Assembly (NCBI GenBank): GCA_017461545.1
Contig: JAFTXP010000014.1
Span: 8,394-72,393, forward strand
DNA from: Clostridia bacterium
GTDB lineage: Bacteria; Bacillota; Clostridia; UBA1212
Direction of reading: 5' to 3'
Length of the DNA stretch: 64,000 nt
Positions 9,975 to 20,434 of this stretch are shown here, in pieces. The notes beneath the pieces were generated by a model that saw only the letters and a list, made by a program, of their open reading frames with translations, was not told the origin of the DNA and ran no database searches. The position numbers and the translations under genes were made by a program. Within the stretch, counting starts at the first letter, position 1. Each line of letters begins with the position of its first letter.

Positions 9975-11513
9975 ATGTCAAAAAAAGGCTATTATTTCGT
10001 CACAAAAAATAATAAGAAAAACTTAATATTAATGCTTATTATTCTTGTGGTTTCATGTGTTATTTTAGCTGTTATAAGTCTTATACCAAACAGGTTTAAA
10101 GATAAGTGGCTTAATACAGATAACGGAGTTGCAAGAAGTTCTATGTTTCCGTTTGTTTATACAACTGATAATTCTCTTTTTATTTTAAATGACCAGCTTG
10201 AAACTGTTGAAATTGATGATTCTGTTTCAGATTGTATTCATGATGTTAATTTTAATATGATATATTATTTACGTGATAATAAATTATACGAATATGATAT
10301 AGATACAAATAAAAGAGTCAGCTTGTCAGAAGGAGTTGCGAATTTCAGACTTTTCAGTGAAAGAACGTCAATTTTATGTACAAATAATGTAAATGATTTA
10401 TATTTGTATCTTTATAAAAATAAAGGTAATATCAAACTTAACAAAAGCTCCCTTGAGAATGTTTCTATTGATTCATTATATGAAGTCGGCACAGGAAACA
10501 TATTATTTTTGGACAATTTTAATTTCGAAAATAATACTGCATCACTAATGTGTTCTGATTTGGATGGAAATGTTAAATGTCTGGCAAACGATATAGATGC
10601 TACAAAAAGCTTTAATATTTCATCAGATGATAAATATGCATTATATTATAAAGGTAAAACTTTGTTTATTACTGACTTAACAGGTAATGTATTACAAACA
10701 TTTGATAATTCTAACATCATTCATCAAAGCGAACAGCATGTATTGACTGAACCGTGTACCACGGTTAACTACTATAGTGAGGGAGTTCCGTTCCTTTATT
10801 TTTTGGTTAACATTTCCGAAAACGGTAATAGCGGTGACTTAGTATACTATACTGAAGAAGGAATTAAAAATATTGACACAGAAATTAAGTCTATAGTTCA
10901 TTTTTATGAAGATGGAAAATTATTGTTATATACAAAAGATGAACACGACGGTACTGTTTCGTTGTATAAGTGTATAAAAGGCGACAATCCTACTAAATTG
11001 ATTACATGTAACAGCAGCGATAATTTCTTTTTTAATGAAGATTCGTCATTCCTGTATATACAGTCTTCCGAAGGTTTTTTGAGAAGAATTAATATTTTTG
11101 ACAATAGTTTAAAGGTTACGGATGTTTCAGAAGGAAGCGGTGTTTTATTCGATTATTTTGGAAAATCTTTTGTCGGATATCATGATTTGGACGGTGAATC
11201 ACAATATCTTATACTAAATACTAATTCAATTGAAAAATTCGCGATGAATGAAATACGGTATTACGGTAAATATTCAAATAAGTTCTTGTTATGCAGAGAA
11301 TATCAACAGGGAAAATTCTCTTTGGATTATACTTCTGACGGTTATACAACAAGAATAGCAAATAATGTTGATAAAAATATTTTCTTTGACAAAGAGTTTA
11401 ACTATGTTATTTTTTCAAACGAAAATAAATTATATATATGGACAGATAACACTGTATCACAGATAAGTGATTGTTCAAATATCAGTGCAGTTTCGGTTAT
11501 TGCAACAAGATAG
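9975..11513 (+). CDS. N-terminally anchored extracellular repeat protein (beta-propeller-like, DUF5050-like)
   Basis: One TM helix (LILMLIILVVSCVILAVISLI), then repeated LY.YD/LYY-type strands. ATG at 9975 has AGGTG 5 nt upstream; the track ORF starts at 9957 with no RBS. Confidence 0.45.
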   Translation: MSKKGYYFVTKNNKKNLILMLIILVVSCVILAVISLIPNRFKDKWLNTDNGVARSSMFPFVYTTDNSLFILNDQLETVEIDDSVSDCIHDVNFNMIYYLRDNKLYEYDIDTNKRVSLSEGVANFRLFSERTSILCTNNVNDLYLYLYKNKGNIKLNKSSLENVSIDSLYEVGTGNILFLDNFNFENNTASLMCSDLDGNVKCLANDIDATKSFNISSDDKYALYYKGKTLFITDLTGNVLQTFDNSNIIHQSEQHVLTEPCTTVNYYSEGVPFLYFLVNISENGNSGDLVYYTEEGIKNIDTEIKSIVHFYEDGKLLLYTKDEHDGTVSLYKCIKGDNPTKLITCNSSDNFFFNEDSSFLYIQSSEGFLRRINIFDNSLKVTDVSEGSGVLFDYFGKSFVGYHDLDGESQYLILNTNSIEKFAMNEIRYYGKYSNKFLLCREYQQGKFSLDYTSDGYTTRIANNVDKNIFFDKEFNYVIFSNENKLYIWTDNTVSQISDCSNISAVSVIATR

Positions 11514-11540
11514 TAATTGTTATGGAGATGTTTGTAAGAA

Positions 11541-12710
11541 ATGCATAATTGTATGTATTTACAAAAAATAAAAAAATATAAAATATATAGTAAAATTTTG
11601 TTTTTGTTATTTCTTTTACTTTTATTATCAACAATGCCGGGATGTACTTATGATGATAATCCTGATATTTCAACATCCGGCATTGTTGATAAGATAGGAG
11701 AAAAGTCAACTGCCCAGAATTCATATAATGCTGTAAAACCGACACCGAACCGTGACGTTGAAAACATACAGAACTCTACTGCCGCTCCGTATGATCCTGT
11801 TATTAATTTTACAGATCCGTATTTTGAAAGTGTAGTTCGTGATTTATTGGGAAAAAGTATTGGTGATATAAAAGTAAGTGATGTCTCATCTATAAAAACT
11901 CTCACTGCGAGAGTAAAAGGAATACGTAATATTAATGATATTGTGTATTTTACTTCTCTCGAAGAATTGGATCTATACGGAAATAAAATCAGCGATATTA
12001 CACCTATAGCACAGTTGGTAAACCTCAGAGTTTTAAATATAGGAAAAAACTACAATACGTTATATTCGTCCAATTCTTCAGGTACAAACGGTATTAATCT
12101 TAATATACTGTCATCATTGCCTTTACTTGAGGAATTATATGCAGAAGATAATCAAATATCAGATTTGTCTTTTGTTGAAGGCTTAAGTCAAATAAAGATT
12201 TTAAATCTATCAAATAATAATTTGACTGATGTGACTGCTTTGTCGAATCTGAAAAATCTGGAGAAATTAATTTTGTTAAATAACAAAATTACTGATCTTG
12301 TATCATTGACAGAGTGTGTAAAACTTAATTATATTGATGTATCGAATAACTATTATGAAGTGATGGACGAACAGACTTTATTTTACACAGGATACGGTAT
12401 AAAAGATTTGTCTTTTGCAGAAAAATTAGCAAATTTGACATACATAAATGTATCTATGAATATGGTCAGCAGTCTGGAGTCTCTTTCTAAACTAAAAGAG
12501 CTCAGAACAATATACGCAGACGATAATTATATAACTGATATCAGTTATTTCAAGGATAATTCAAATATACAGTTATTAAGTGTTAAGCGTAATTATATAA
12601 AGGATTTTAATGTTATTACATCAATGAAAACTTTGACTGAATTGTTTTATATCGGAAATCCGATAGATAATAAAGAACCTGTTTTAAAGTTTGAATCACA
12701 AAATTTTTGA
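11541..12710 (+). CDS. Leucine-rich-repeat (internalin-like) lipoprotein
   Basis: Lipobox LLLLSTMPGC. Multiple 22-aa LRRs (LEELDLYGNKISDITPIAQLVNLRVLNIGKN, LKNLEKLILLNNKITDLVSL). Confidence 0.75.
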   Translation: MHNCMYLQKIKKYKIYSKILFLLFLLLLLSTMPGCTYDDNPDISTSGIVDKIGEKSTAQNSYNAVKPTPNRDVENIQNSTAAPYDPVINFTDPYFESVVRDLLGKSIGDIKVSDVSSIKTLTARVKGIRNINDIVYFTSLEELDLYGNKISDITPIAQLVNLRVLNIGKNYNTLYSSNSSGTNGINLNILSSLPLLEELYAEDNQISDLSFVEGLSQIKILNLSNNNLTDVTALSNLKNLEKLILLNNKITDLVSLTECVKLNYIDVSNNYYEVMDEQTLFYTGYGIKDLSFAEKLANLTYINVSMNMVSSLESLSKLKELRTIYADDNYITDISYFKDNSNIQLLSVKRNYIKDFNVITSMKTLTELFYIGNPIDNKEPVLKFESQNF

Positions 12711-12751
12711 AATTAACAGTTGGAAATAAATAAACGGAGGATAGTTAGATT

Positions 12752-15721
12752 ATGAAAAAATTTTTAAATCATGTTGATGAACATGCAATCGAATACGGTT
12801 CATTGCCTTTCTGGAGCTGGAATGATAAGCTCGATCCGAAGGAATTAAGAAGACAGATCAATGTTATGAAAGACCTTCAGATGAACGGTTTCTTTATGCA
12901 TGCACGCGCAGGCCTTGAAACTGAATATTTAAGCGACGAGTGGTATGAGTGTATAAATGCTTGCATCGACGAGGCTGAAAAACTCGGTATGGAGGCTTGG
13001 TCGTACGATGAAAACGGTTTTCCGAGCGGATTCGGCGGCGGAAAGGTTCTTGAGGACAGGGCAAATTGGGCTACATACATCGTTCATGAAATTTCAAAGG
13101 AATTTCCGACGGAAAGTAATCAGGATAAAGTTCTTCTTGCTGTTTATGTTATGAAAGATAATAAAATCAGCAGAGTTACTGAAGCTTGCGACGCTTACGA
13201 ATATATTGCGGTTTATCAGAAATTCGATCCTTCGTATGTTGATACAACAGATGCCGAAATTACAAAGAAATTCATCGAAGTAACTCATGAGGATTACAAA
13301 AAGCATATTGACGCTTCATCATTCGGAAAATCAATGCCAGGCTTCTTTACTGACGAGCCGGAGTATTACAGATACGGAACCCCTTGGTCAAACAAATTTG
13401 CCGATGAATTCCAAAAGGCATACGGTTACGATGTATTTAGCGGACTTGCATATATGTTTATTGATGCAGAGGGAGCAAAAGAGTTCAGATACGATTACTA
13501 TTTATTGCTTCACAATCTTTTCATCAAAAACTGGATCAAAGTTGTTTATGATTGGTGTAAAGAAAATGATTGTTTACTTACAGGACATGCTATCGAAGAG
13601 ACCGGTCTTTTCCTTCAGATGTGGTGTTGCGGCGGTCTTATGACATTCTATGAGTATCAGGATATCCCCGGAATTGACTATCTTTCCAGAAATATAAACC
13701 ACGATATAGCCGGTAAGCAGATAGGTTCTGTTGCAGCGCAGCTCGGCAAGAAAAAAGTTCTCAGTGAAATGTTTGCATGCTGCGGATGGGATGTTACCCC
13801 CATGGAACTCAAATCAATCGCAGAGCTTCAGTATGCTGCCGGTGTAAATGTTATGTGTCAGCACCTTTATGGCTATTCTATGAGAGGCCAGCGTAAGCGT
13901 GACTATCCGGCAAACTATTCCGAGCATCTTCCGTGGCAGGGCGCTATGAAAGAATTCAATGAATATTTTAACCGTCTCGGACTCGTTCTTTCACTCGGCA
14001 GCGAGAGAGTAAATACACTTATTATTCATCCTATGCACAGCGCATATCTTGACTATAAGCGTAAAGAAGATGTTGAGTCTATCAGACCTTTGGAAGAAAG
14101 CTTCATAAACATTACAAATTATTTCTCAGCTCATCAGATTCCTTATCATTACGGTGACGAGGAGCTTATGGCAAAGTACGGCAGCATTGTAGGAAATAAG
14201 TTAAAAATCGGTCTTTGTGAATACGAGTACGTTGTGCTGCCTACGATGTATACAATCGACTCTGCAACTGCAGAACTTTTGAAAGAATTTATTGCAGCAG
14301 GAGGTAAAATATATCTCCACGGAGATGCTCCGACAAGAATTGACGGAAGATGCTCAGATCTTTCATGGCTAAAATCTAATATCGGTTTTGGTGACGTTTA
14401 TGCGAACGCATACGTAAATATTAAGAACGAAGGTCAAATCTGCGACGGACTTAAGCAGATGTGCAGAGATACAGAGTACGGTAAAATATATTACATTGCG
14501 AACGTAACTCAGAATCAGTATCTTGACTGCGAAGTTATATTCAGAGGTTGTAAGAATGTAAAAGAAATAAGACTGCAGAGCGATGAGTGGGAAAAGAATC
14601 CCGTAATAGACCTCGAAACTTATTCATCAGACGGTTCTGCTGCAGTGTCAACTTCTTTCTCAGCGTCGGAATCAAGGATTTTTATCGAAACAGATGAGCC
14701 TGTGACAAAAACAAAAGATGATATTGTGAAAGAGTATTCAGCAGAAGTAATGACAGTGGATAATTTCACACTTGTAAAGAACAGCGAAAATGCAATAACA
14801 CTTGACAATGCGCAGATTTCTTATGACGGCACAAATTATGAAAAGACACGTTCTGTTCTTCTCATTGCTGATATGCTTATTAAGAGAAAATACACAGGTC
14901 CGGTTTATCTTAAGTTCAAATATAACGTTGAAAAACTTCCCGAGTCGCTTAATGTTGCCGTAGAGCCTATGAAGAATATGAAAGTCAGTGTAAATGGTAA
15001 CGAATTATCATATGACGAAGGATTCTGGTTTGACAGGAGCTTTAAGCGCGCAGATATTCTTAAGTACACAAAAGTCGGTGAGAATGAAATAGTAATGTCG
15101 TTTGACTACTACCAGCAGGATATCGTATATGAAACACTCTACGGAGATGTAATGGAATCTTTGAGAAACTGTCTTGCAATCGATACGGAAATTGAATCGA
15201 TTTACCTCTTTGGTGATTTTGCAGTTAAAACAGACAAAAAATTTACACCCGATGAGAGAAGAAGCTTCTGCTACGACGGTGACTTTGCTATTACAACAAA
15301 GAAAGATGACCTCAATCTTTCAAATATTGTTGTTGACGGATTCCCGTTCTTTGCAGGTTGCATAGAAGCACAGACAGAATTTGATTTTGACGGAACAAAC
15401 TGCACTGTTGCGCTTGACGGAAGATTTTCCTATGCGGATGTGTATGTAAACGATAATTTTGTAAAACGACTGATTTTCGAATATGAGTGCGATGTGACAG
15501 AATACGTCAAAAAAGGCAAAAACACCCTTAAAATCGGACTTTGCAATTCTAACAGAAACTTACTCGGTCCTCATCATTTTGCCGATCCTGAGCCGTATGC
15601 ATGCGGTCCTAACACGTTTTCTCTCGAAACAATGTGGACAGATGATGAAACATGCGAATTGTACAGAGAACGTTATGCATTTGTAAGATTCGGAACAGAT
15701 GTAAAAATTATTACAGAATAA
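12752..15721 (+). CDS. Large cytoplasmic glycoside-hydrolase-like protein (family uncertain, possibly GH106-like/jelly-roll type)
   Basis: 989 aa, no signal peptide. The N-terminus LPFWSWNDKLDPKELRRQINVMKDLQMNGFFMHARAGL resembles glycosidase-like proteins as I recall them. Family assignment is weak. Confidence 0.4.
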   Translation: MKKFLNHVDEHAIEYGSLPFWSWNDKLDPKELRRQINVMKDLQMNGFFMHARAGLETEYLSDEWYECINACIDEAEKLGMEAWSYDENGFPSGFGGGKVLEDRANWATYIVHEISKEFPTESNQDKVLLAVYVMKDNKISRVTEACDAYEYIAVYQKFDPSYVDTTDAEITKKFIEVTHEDYKKHIDASSFGKSMPGFFTDEPEYYRYGTPWSNKFADEFQKAYGYDVFSGLAYMFIDAEGAKEFRYDYYLLLHNLFIKNWIKVVYDWCKENDCLLTGHAIEETGLFLQMWCCGGLMTFYEYQDIPGIDYLSRNINHDIAGKQIGSVAAQLGKKKVLSEMFACCGWDVTPMELKSIAELQYAAGVNVMCQHLYGYSMRGQRKRDYPANYSEHLPWQGAMKEFNEYFNRLGLVLSLGSERVNTLIIHPMHSAYLDYKRKEDVESIRPLEESFINITNYFSAHQIPYHYGDEELMAKYGSIVGNKLKIGLCEYEYVVLPTMYTIDSATAELLKEFIAAGGKIYLHGDAPTRIDGRCSDLSWLKSNIGFGDVYANAYVNIKNEGQICDGLKQMCRDTEYGKIYYIANVTQNQYLDCEVIFRGCKNVKEIRLQSDEWEKNPVIDLETYSSDGSAAVSTSFSASESRIFIETDEPVTKTKDDIVKEYSAEVMTVDNFTLVKNSENAITLDNAQISYDGTNYEKTRSVLLIADMLIKRKYTGPVYLKFKYNVEKLPESLNVAVEPMKNMKVSVNGNELSYDEGFWFDRSFKRADILKYTKVGENEIVMSFDYYQQDIVYETLYGDVMESLRNCLAIDTEIESIYLFGDFAVKTDKKFTPDERRSFCYDGDFAITTKKDDLNLSNIVVDGFPFFAGCIEAQTEFDFDGTNCTVALDGRFSYADVYVNDNFVKRLIFEYECDVTEYVKKGKNTLKIGLCNSNRNLLGPHHFADPEPYACGPNTFSLETMWTDDETCELYRERYAFVRFGTDVKIITE

Positions 15722-15730
15722 GGCTCAGAA

Positions 15731-16216
15731 ATGATTATTTTAGGTATTGACCCGGGCTTCGGTATTACGGGATACGGAGTTATTGAGTATAAATCCAATA
15801 ATTTCAGAATGCTCGAATACGGTGTGATAAGCACCGATTCAAAAGAGCGGTTCACGTCAAGACTTATTCAGATAAGTGATAAGATTGACGAACTGATAAA
15901 CAAATATAATCCCGACGCCGTTGCCGTCGAAGAACTGTTTTTTAATAACAATGCTAAAACCGTTATCGCCGCGGCCCAAGGCCGCGGCGTTGCGGTAGCA
16001 ACCTGTGCCAAACATTATATACCTGTTTTTGAATATACGCCGCTTCAAGTTAAACAAAACATAACAGGATACGGCAGAGCAGATAAAAAGCAAATTCAGA
16101 TGATGGTAAAAATGCTTCTCAGATTAAATGAAGTACCGAAACCTGATGACGCGGCAGACGCTCTTGCCATTGCAATGTGCCATGCACACTCGATGATGTT
16201 TTCAAAGCCTATATAA
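15731..16216 (+). CDS. ruvC: Crossover junction endodeoxyribonuclease RuvC
   Basis: MIILGIDPGFGITGYGVIE N-terminus, typical size of 161 aa, followed by ruvA and ruvB. Confidence 0.9.
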   Translation: MIILGIDPGFGITGYGVIEYKSNNFRMLEYGVISTDSKERFTSRLIQISDKIDELINKYNPDAVAVEELFFNNNAKTVIAAAQGRGVAVATCAKHYIPVFEYTPLQVKQNITGYGRADKKQIQMMVKMLLRLNEVPKPDDAADALAIAMCHAHSMMFSKPI

Positions 16217-16235
16217 GATAAGGAGATTTACGAAA

Positions 16236-16832
16236 GTGTTTGAATATATAAAGGGCGCCGTAACAGTAAAGGGACCGGACTATCTGGTTGTTGACGTAAA
16301 CGGCGTAGGATTTAAAGTTTATACTTCGATGTCAACTCTGGCGCAGACGTGTCAGGGCGAAATTGTTACGGTTTTTACTTATTTGAATGTAAAAGAAGAT
16401 GAATTGTCTTTATACGGTTTCATCACTCAGGAAGAGCTAAATGCGTTTAATATGATGATTTCTGTCAGCGGAGTAGGTCCTAAGATGGCTATTGCTATTT
16501 TATCATCAATGTCTTCATATGATTTCTGTGTTTCCGTGTCTTCCGGTGATTACAAAATGCTTTGTAAAACTAAAGGTGTAGGGCCTAAACTTGCGCAGAG
16601 AATCGTTTTAGAGCTTAAAGACAAGATTAAGAAAGAATTATCATTTAACAATAATAAAAATGATGGTATAATAAACAAATGCTGTGATTCAGATTTGCTT
16701 AACAACGCAGTTGAAGCATTGATGTATTTAGGTCATACTTCACAGTCCGCAAAAGATGCTGTTGAAAGTGTGTACGTAGATGGCATGGATTTGGAAAAAT
16801 TAATTAAAGAAGCACTGAAGAGTACGGTTTGA
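16236..16832 (+). CDS. ruvA: Holliday junction DNA helicase subunit RuvA
   Basis: MFEYIKG...[11 protein letters not shown] and HhH motifs ([20 protein letters not shown]). Confidence 0.9.
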   Translation: MFEYIKGAVTVKGPDYLVVDVNGVGFKVYTSMSTLAQTCQGEIVTVFTYLNVKEDELSLYGFITQEELNAFNMMISVSGVGPKMAIAILSSMSSYDFCVSVSSGDYKMLCKTKGVGPKLAQRIVLELKDKIKKELSFNNNKNDGIINKCCDSDLLNNAVEALMYLGHTSQSAKDAVESVYVDGMDLEKLIKEALKSTV

Positions 16833-16851
16833 TTTTATTTCTGAGGTTTTT

Positions 16852-17877
16852 ATGGACGAGTACGAGTCAAAGTTAGAAGAATACAACAGATTAGTCAGCA
16901 TGGAATCCGGTTTTGAAGATACGAATGAAAATATTCTTAGACCGAGAACATTTGACGAATATGTCGGACAGGACAGAGTAGTTGATAATCTGAAAATTTT
17001 TATTAAGGCTGCAAAACAAAGAGGTGAGCCTCTTGACCATGTTTTGCTTTACGGACCTCCCGGCCTCGGTAAGACGACACTTGCATCTATTATTGCATCC
17101 GAAATGGGTGTCAATATAAGAGTTACATCAGGTCCTGCGATAGAGAAGGCTGCTGATCTGACAGGTATTCTTTCTAAATTAAACGAATACGACGTTCTTT
17201 TTATTGATGAAATTCACCGATTGCATAAAACAGTAGAAGAGATACTTTATTCGGCAATGGAAGATTATGCAGTAGATGTTGTAATGGGTAAAGGTCCGAT
17301 GGCACATTCGCTCAGACTCAATTTGCCGAAATTTACGTTAATAGGTGCTACGACAAGGGCCGGATTACTCACTGCACCTCTCAGAGACAGATTCGGTGTA
17401 ATTAACCGTTTGGAGTTGTATACACCTGAACAGCTTTCAAAAATTATAAAACGTTCGGCAAATATTTTGTGCGCTGAAATCGAAAATGACGGTGCATATC
17501 TGATTGCTAAACGTTCAAGGGGTACACCGAGAATTGCAAACAGACTGCTTAAAAGAGCACGTGATTTTGCACAGGTATACGGCGACGGTATCATAACCGA
17601 AGAGATTGCTGACAGATGTCTGACTGCTCTTGAAATCGACGAACTCGGACTTGATAACATTGACAGAAATGTCCTTGAAACGATTATAACTAAATTCGGC
17701 GGCGGTCCTGTGGGTCTGGAGACTCTTTCAGCGGCAACCGGAGAAGATATGAGAACTATAGAAGATGTTTATGAACCGTACTTTATTCAGCTCGGTTTTA
17801 TAAATAAAACACCGCGCGGACGAATGGCAACGCCTGCAGCTTATAAACATATGGGAATTCCTTTTGATAATGAATGA
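16852..17877 (+). CDS. ruvB: Holliday junction DNA helicase RuvB
   Basis: [12 protein letters not shown], Walker [25 protein letters not shown]. Confidence 0.95.
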   Translation: MDEYESKLEEYNRLVSMESGFEDTNENILRPRTFDEYVGQDRVVDNLKIFIKAAKQRGEPLDHVLLYGPPGLGKTTLASIIASEMGVNIRVTSGPAIEKAADLTGILSKLNEYDVLFIDEIHRLHKTVEEILYSAMEDYAVDVVMGKGPMAHSLRLNLPKFTLIGATTRAGLLTAPLRDRFGVINRLELYTPEQLSKIIKRSANILCAEIENDGAYLIAKRSRGTPRIANRLLKRARDFAQVYGDGIITEEIADRCLTALEIDELGLDNIDRNVLETIITKFGGGPVGLETLSAATGEDMRTIEDVYEPYFIQLGFINKTPRGRMATPAAYKHMGIPFDNE

Positions 17878-18778
17878 TTTTATAAAATTTGAAAATGTAT
17901 ATTATTCCTATGATGATACCTCTGATGACGAAGATAATTCAGAGGTTTCTGTAAGTGTGCCTCATATGGCTTTGGAAAATGTATCCTTCACTGTGAAAAA
18001 AGGCGAATTTATCGCTATTGCCGGCAGAAACGGTTCCGGTAAATCTACAATAGCACGTTTGATGAATGCTTTGCTTGACCCAAGTGAAGGTGTTGTTTTT
18101 GTCGACGGAATTGATACCTCAGACGACGAGAAAATTTGGGAAATACGGTCAAATGTCGGAATGGTTTTCCAAAATCCCGATAATCAGATTGTCGGAATGT
18201 CCGTAGAGGAGGATATTGCATTCGGTCTGGAGAATCTGGGTGTTCCGAGAGATGAAATGATTTCTAAAATTGATGAATGCCTGAAAATTGTTAAACTTGA
18301 AGCAGAACGAAAAACTGAGCCGCATCTTTTATCAGGCGGACAAAAACAAAGAGTTGCAATAGCAGGTGTTCTCGCTATGCGGCCTTCATGTATTGTTCTT
18401 GATGAAGCAACAGCAATGCTTGATCCGGACGGAAGAAGAGAAGTAATATCTACTATTCACAAATTAAATAAAGAAAACGGCATTACTATTATTCTTATTA
18501 CGCACCATATGGATGAAATTGTTCATGCGGATAAAGTTATGATAATAAACGAGGGACATCTTCTCTGTGAAGGTACTCCTAAAGAAATTTTTGCAAGAAA
18601 AGATCTGATTGACCGTGCGGGACTTGAACTTCCTCAGACTGCAAGAATGTTTGCGGAGTTAAATGAATGTGGTTTTGAAATTGATAAAAATATCCTTACA
18701 GTCGATGAAGCATTTGAATATATCGGCAACCTTATCAGTTCAGGAAGGATGAACGGAGGTAATGAAAATGTCGATTAA
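17870..18778 (+). CDS. ecfA1: Energy-coupling factor (ECF) transporter ATPase EcfA1
   Basis: Walker [10 protein letters not shown], signature [13 protein letters not shown], Walker B IVLDEAT. Overlaps the ruvB stop. Confidence 0.85.
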   Translation: MNDFIKFENVYYSYDDTSDDEDNSEVSVSVPHMALENVSFTVKKGEFIAIAGRNGSGKSTIARLMNALLDPSEGVVFVDGIDTSDDEKIWEIRSNVGMVFQNPDNQIVGMSVEEDIAFGLENLGVPRDEMISKIDECLKIVKLEAERKTEPHLLSGGQKQRVAIAGVLAMRPSCIVLDEATAMLDPDGRREVISTIHKLNKENGITIILITHHMDEIVHADKVMIINEGHLLCEGTPKEIFARKDLIDRAGLELPQTARMFAELNECGFEIDKNILTVDEAFEYIGNLISSGRMNGGNENVD

Positions 18779-19631
18779 ACTTGAAAATATCAACTGTACT
18801 TATATGCCTAAAACTCCTTTTGAAAAAGCCGCCCTCTATGATATAAATATTGAAATAGAGAAGGGCGAATTCGTCGGAATTATCGGTCACACCGGAAGCG
18901 GAAAATCTACGCTTCTTCAGCATTTTAACGGACTGATAATGCCGGACAAAAAGTCAACAGGCAAAGTGTATATTGACGGCGAACTCTTAACTAAGAAAAA
19001 TGTAAGAGATCTTCGCAAAAAGGTAGGTTATGTTTTTCAATATCCTGAATATCAGCTATTTGAAGAAACCGTATACAAAGATATTGCTTTCGGACTAAAA
19101 AAATTAAAATTATCCGAGCAAGAAGAGTATGAAGCAATTCACAATGCTGCTGAGATTGTCGGTATATCCGATGATCTGTTGGAAAGATCAGTATATGATT
19201 TATCAGGCGGACAAAAGAGACGTGTTGCAATAGCAGGTGTTATTGTGATGAATCCCGATTACCTTATCTTAGATGAGCCTGCTGCAGGATTGGATCCCGC
19301 CGGAAAAGATGAGATTTTAACATTTGCAAAAAGATTGCGTGATGAGAGAGGTACTGCTGTTGTGCTTGTTTCGCACAGCATGGAGGATATCGCTCAGATT
19401 TCCGACAGAGTTATTGTTATGAACGAGGGTCGTATTGTTATGGACGGTAAACCTTCGTATGTTTTTGCACAAAAAAAAGAGCTGAATGATATAGGTTTAT
19501 CTGTTCCGGAGATTACATCGCTTTTCTGCCGTTTAAATGAACAGTATCCATGGATTTCAAAAGAAGTATATACTGTACAGGATGCGGTTAATGTTATGAA
19601 AAAATTACTGAGCGGAGGTGCTGTGAAATGA
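18768..19631 (+). CDS. ecfA2: ECF transporter ATPase EcfA2
   Basis: GHTGSGKST, LSGGQKRRVAIAG, LILDEPAAGLDP. ATG at 18768 lies 8 nt after GGAGG. Confidence 0.85.
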   Translation: MSIKLENINCTYMPKTPFEKAALYDINIEIEKGEFVGIIGHTGSGKSTLLQHFNGLIMPDKKSTGKVYIDGELLTKKNVRDLRKKVGYVFQYPEYQLFEETVYKDIAFGLKKLKLSEQEEYEAIHNAAEIVGISDDLLERSVYDLSGGQKRRVAIAGVIVMNPDYLILDEPAAGLDPAGKDEILTFAKRLRDERGTAVVLVSHSMEDIAQISDRVIVMNEGRIVMDGKPSYVFAQKKELNDIGLSVPEITSLFCRLNEQYPWISKEVYTVQDAVNVMKKLLSGGAVK

Positions 19632-20434
19632 AAGTGTCTTTTGGTCAGTATGTTCCCGGTAATTCAATATTCCACAGAGCCGATCCCAGAACAAAGATAC
19701 TGTGGACTGTAACGATGATGGTGCTTTTACTTCTTGTAGACAGCTTTGTCGGATATGCAGTTGCCGCTGTTTTTGTTGTTGCTGCAATAATTATCAGCAG
19801 AATAAATATCAAACTTATTTTAAAAAGTTTAAGAACAATAACTTTTTTAATAATATTTACCATGATATTGAACCTGTTGTTTTATAACGGACAAACATTG
19901 CTTTTTAAATTTTGGATTTTTGACGTCTACCTTGAAGGTGTTTTATTCAGTTTAAAAATGATAATAAGAATTATTTTGCTGATTTCTGCGACATCACTTC
20001 TTACTTTTACAACAACATCTGTTATGCTTACGGACGGTCTTGAAAAGTTAATGAAACCGCTCACATATATAGGGTTTCCTGCGCATGATATCTCTATGAT
20101 GATGTCAATTGCTTTAAGATTTATACCGACTTTTTCTGAGGAAACAGACCGTATAATAAAAGCACAGTCAGCAAGAGGTGCAGATTTTGATTCACCTAAA
20201 TTTATTGAAAAAGTAAAAAGCTTTATTCCGATTTTAATACCTCTGTTTATAGGAGCTTTCAGGAGAGCAGAAGAGCTTGCAACTGCTATGGAAGCTAAAT
20301 GTTACAGAGGCGGTAATAGCAGAACAAGATTCAGAGTACTGAAATTTTCTTCTGCTGATTTATTTATACTGATTTTCACGTTGTTGTTTTTGGCATTTGT
20401 CATTTTTGAAAAAAGCGGATGGTTGGCTATATGA
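19628..20434 (+). CDS. ecfT: ECF transporter transmembrane subunit EcfT
   Basis: 268-aa multi-TM protein immediately after ecfA1/A2 with a 4-nt overlap. Has an ARGADF-type loop. Confidence 0.85.
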   Translation: MKVSFGQYVPGNSIFHRADPRTKILWTVTMMVLLLLVDSFVGYAVAAVFVVAAIIISRINIKLILKSLRTITFLIIFTMILNLLFYNGQTLLFKFWIFDVYLEGVLFSLKMIIRIILLISATSLLTFTTTSVMLTDGLEKLMKPLTYIGFPAHDISMMMSIALRFIPTFSEETDRIIKAQSARGADFDSPKFIEKVKSFIPILIPLFIGAFRRAEELATAMEAKCYRGGNSRTRFRVLKFSSADLFILIFTLLFLAFVIFEKSGWLAI

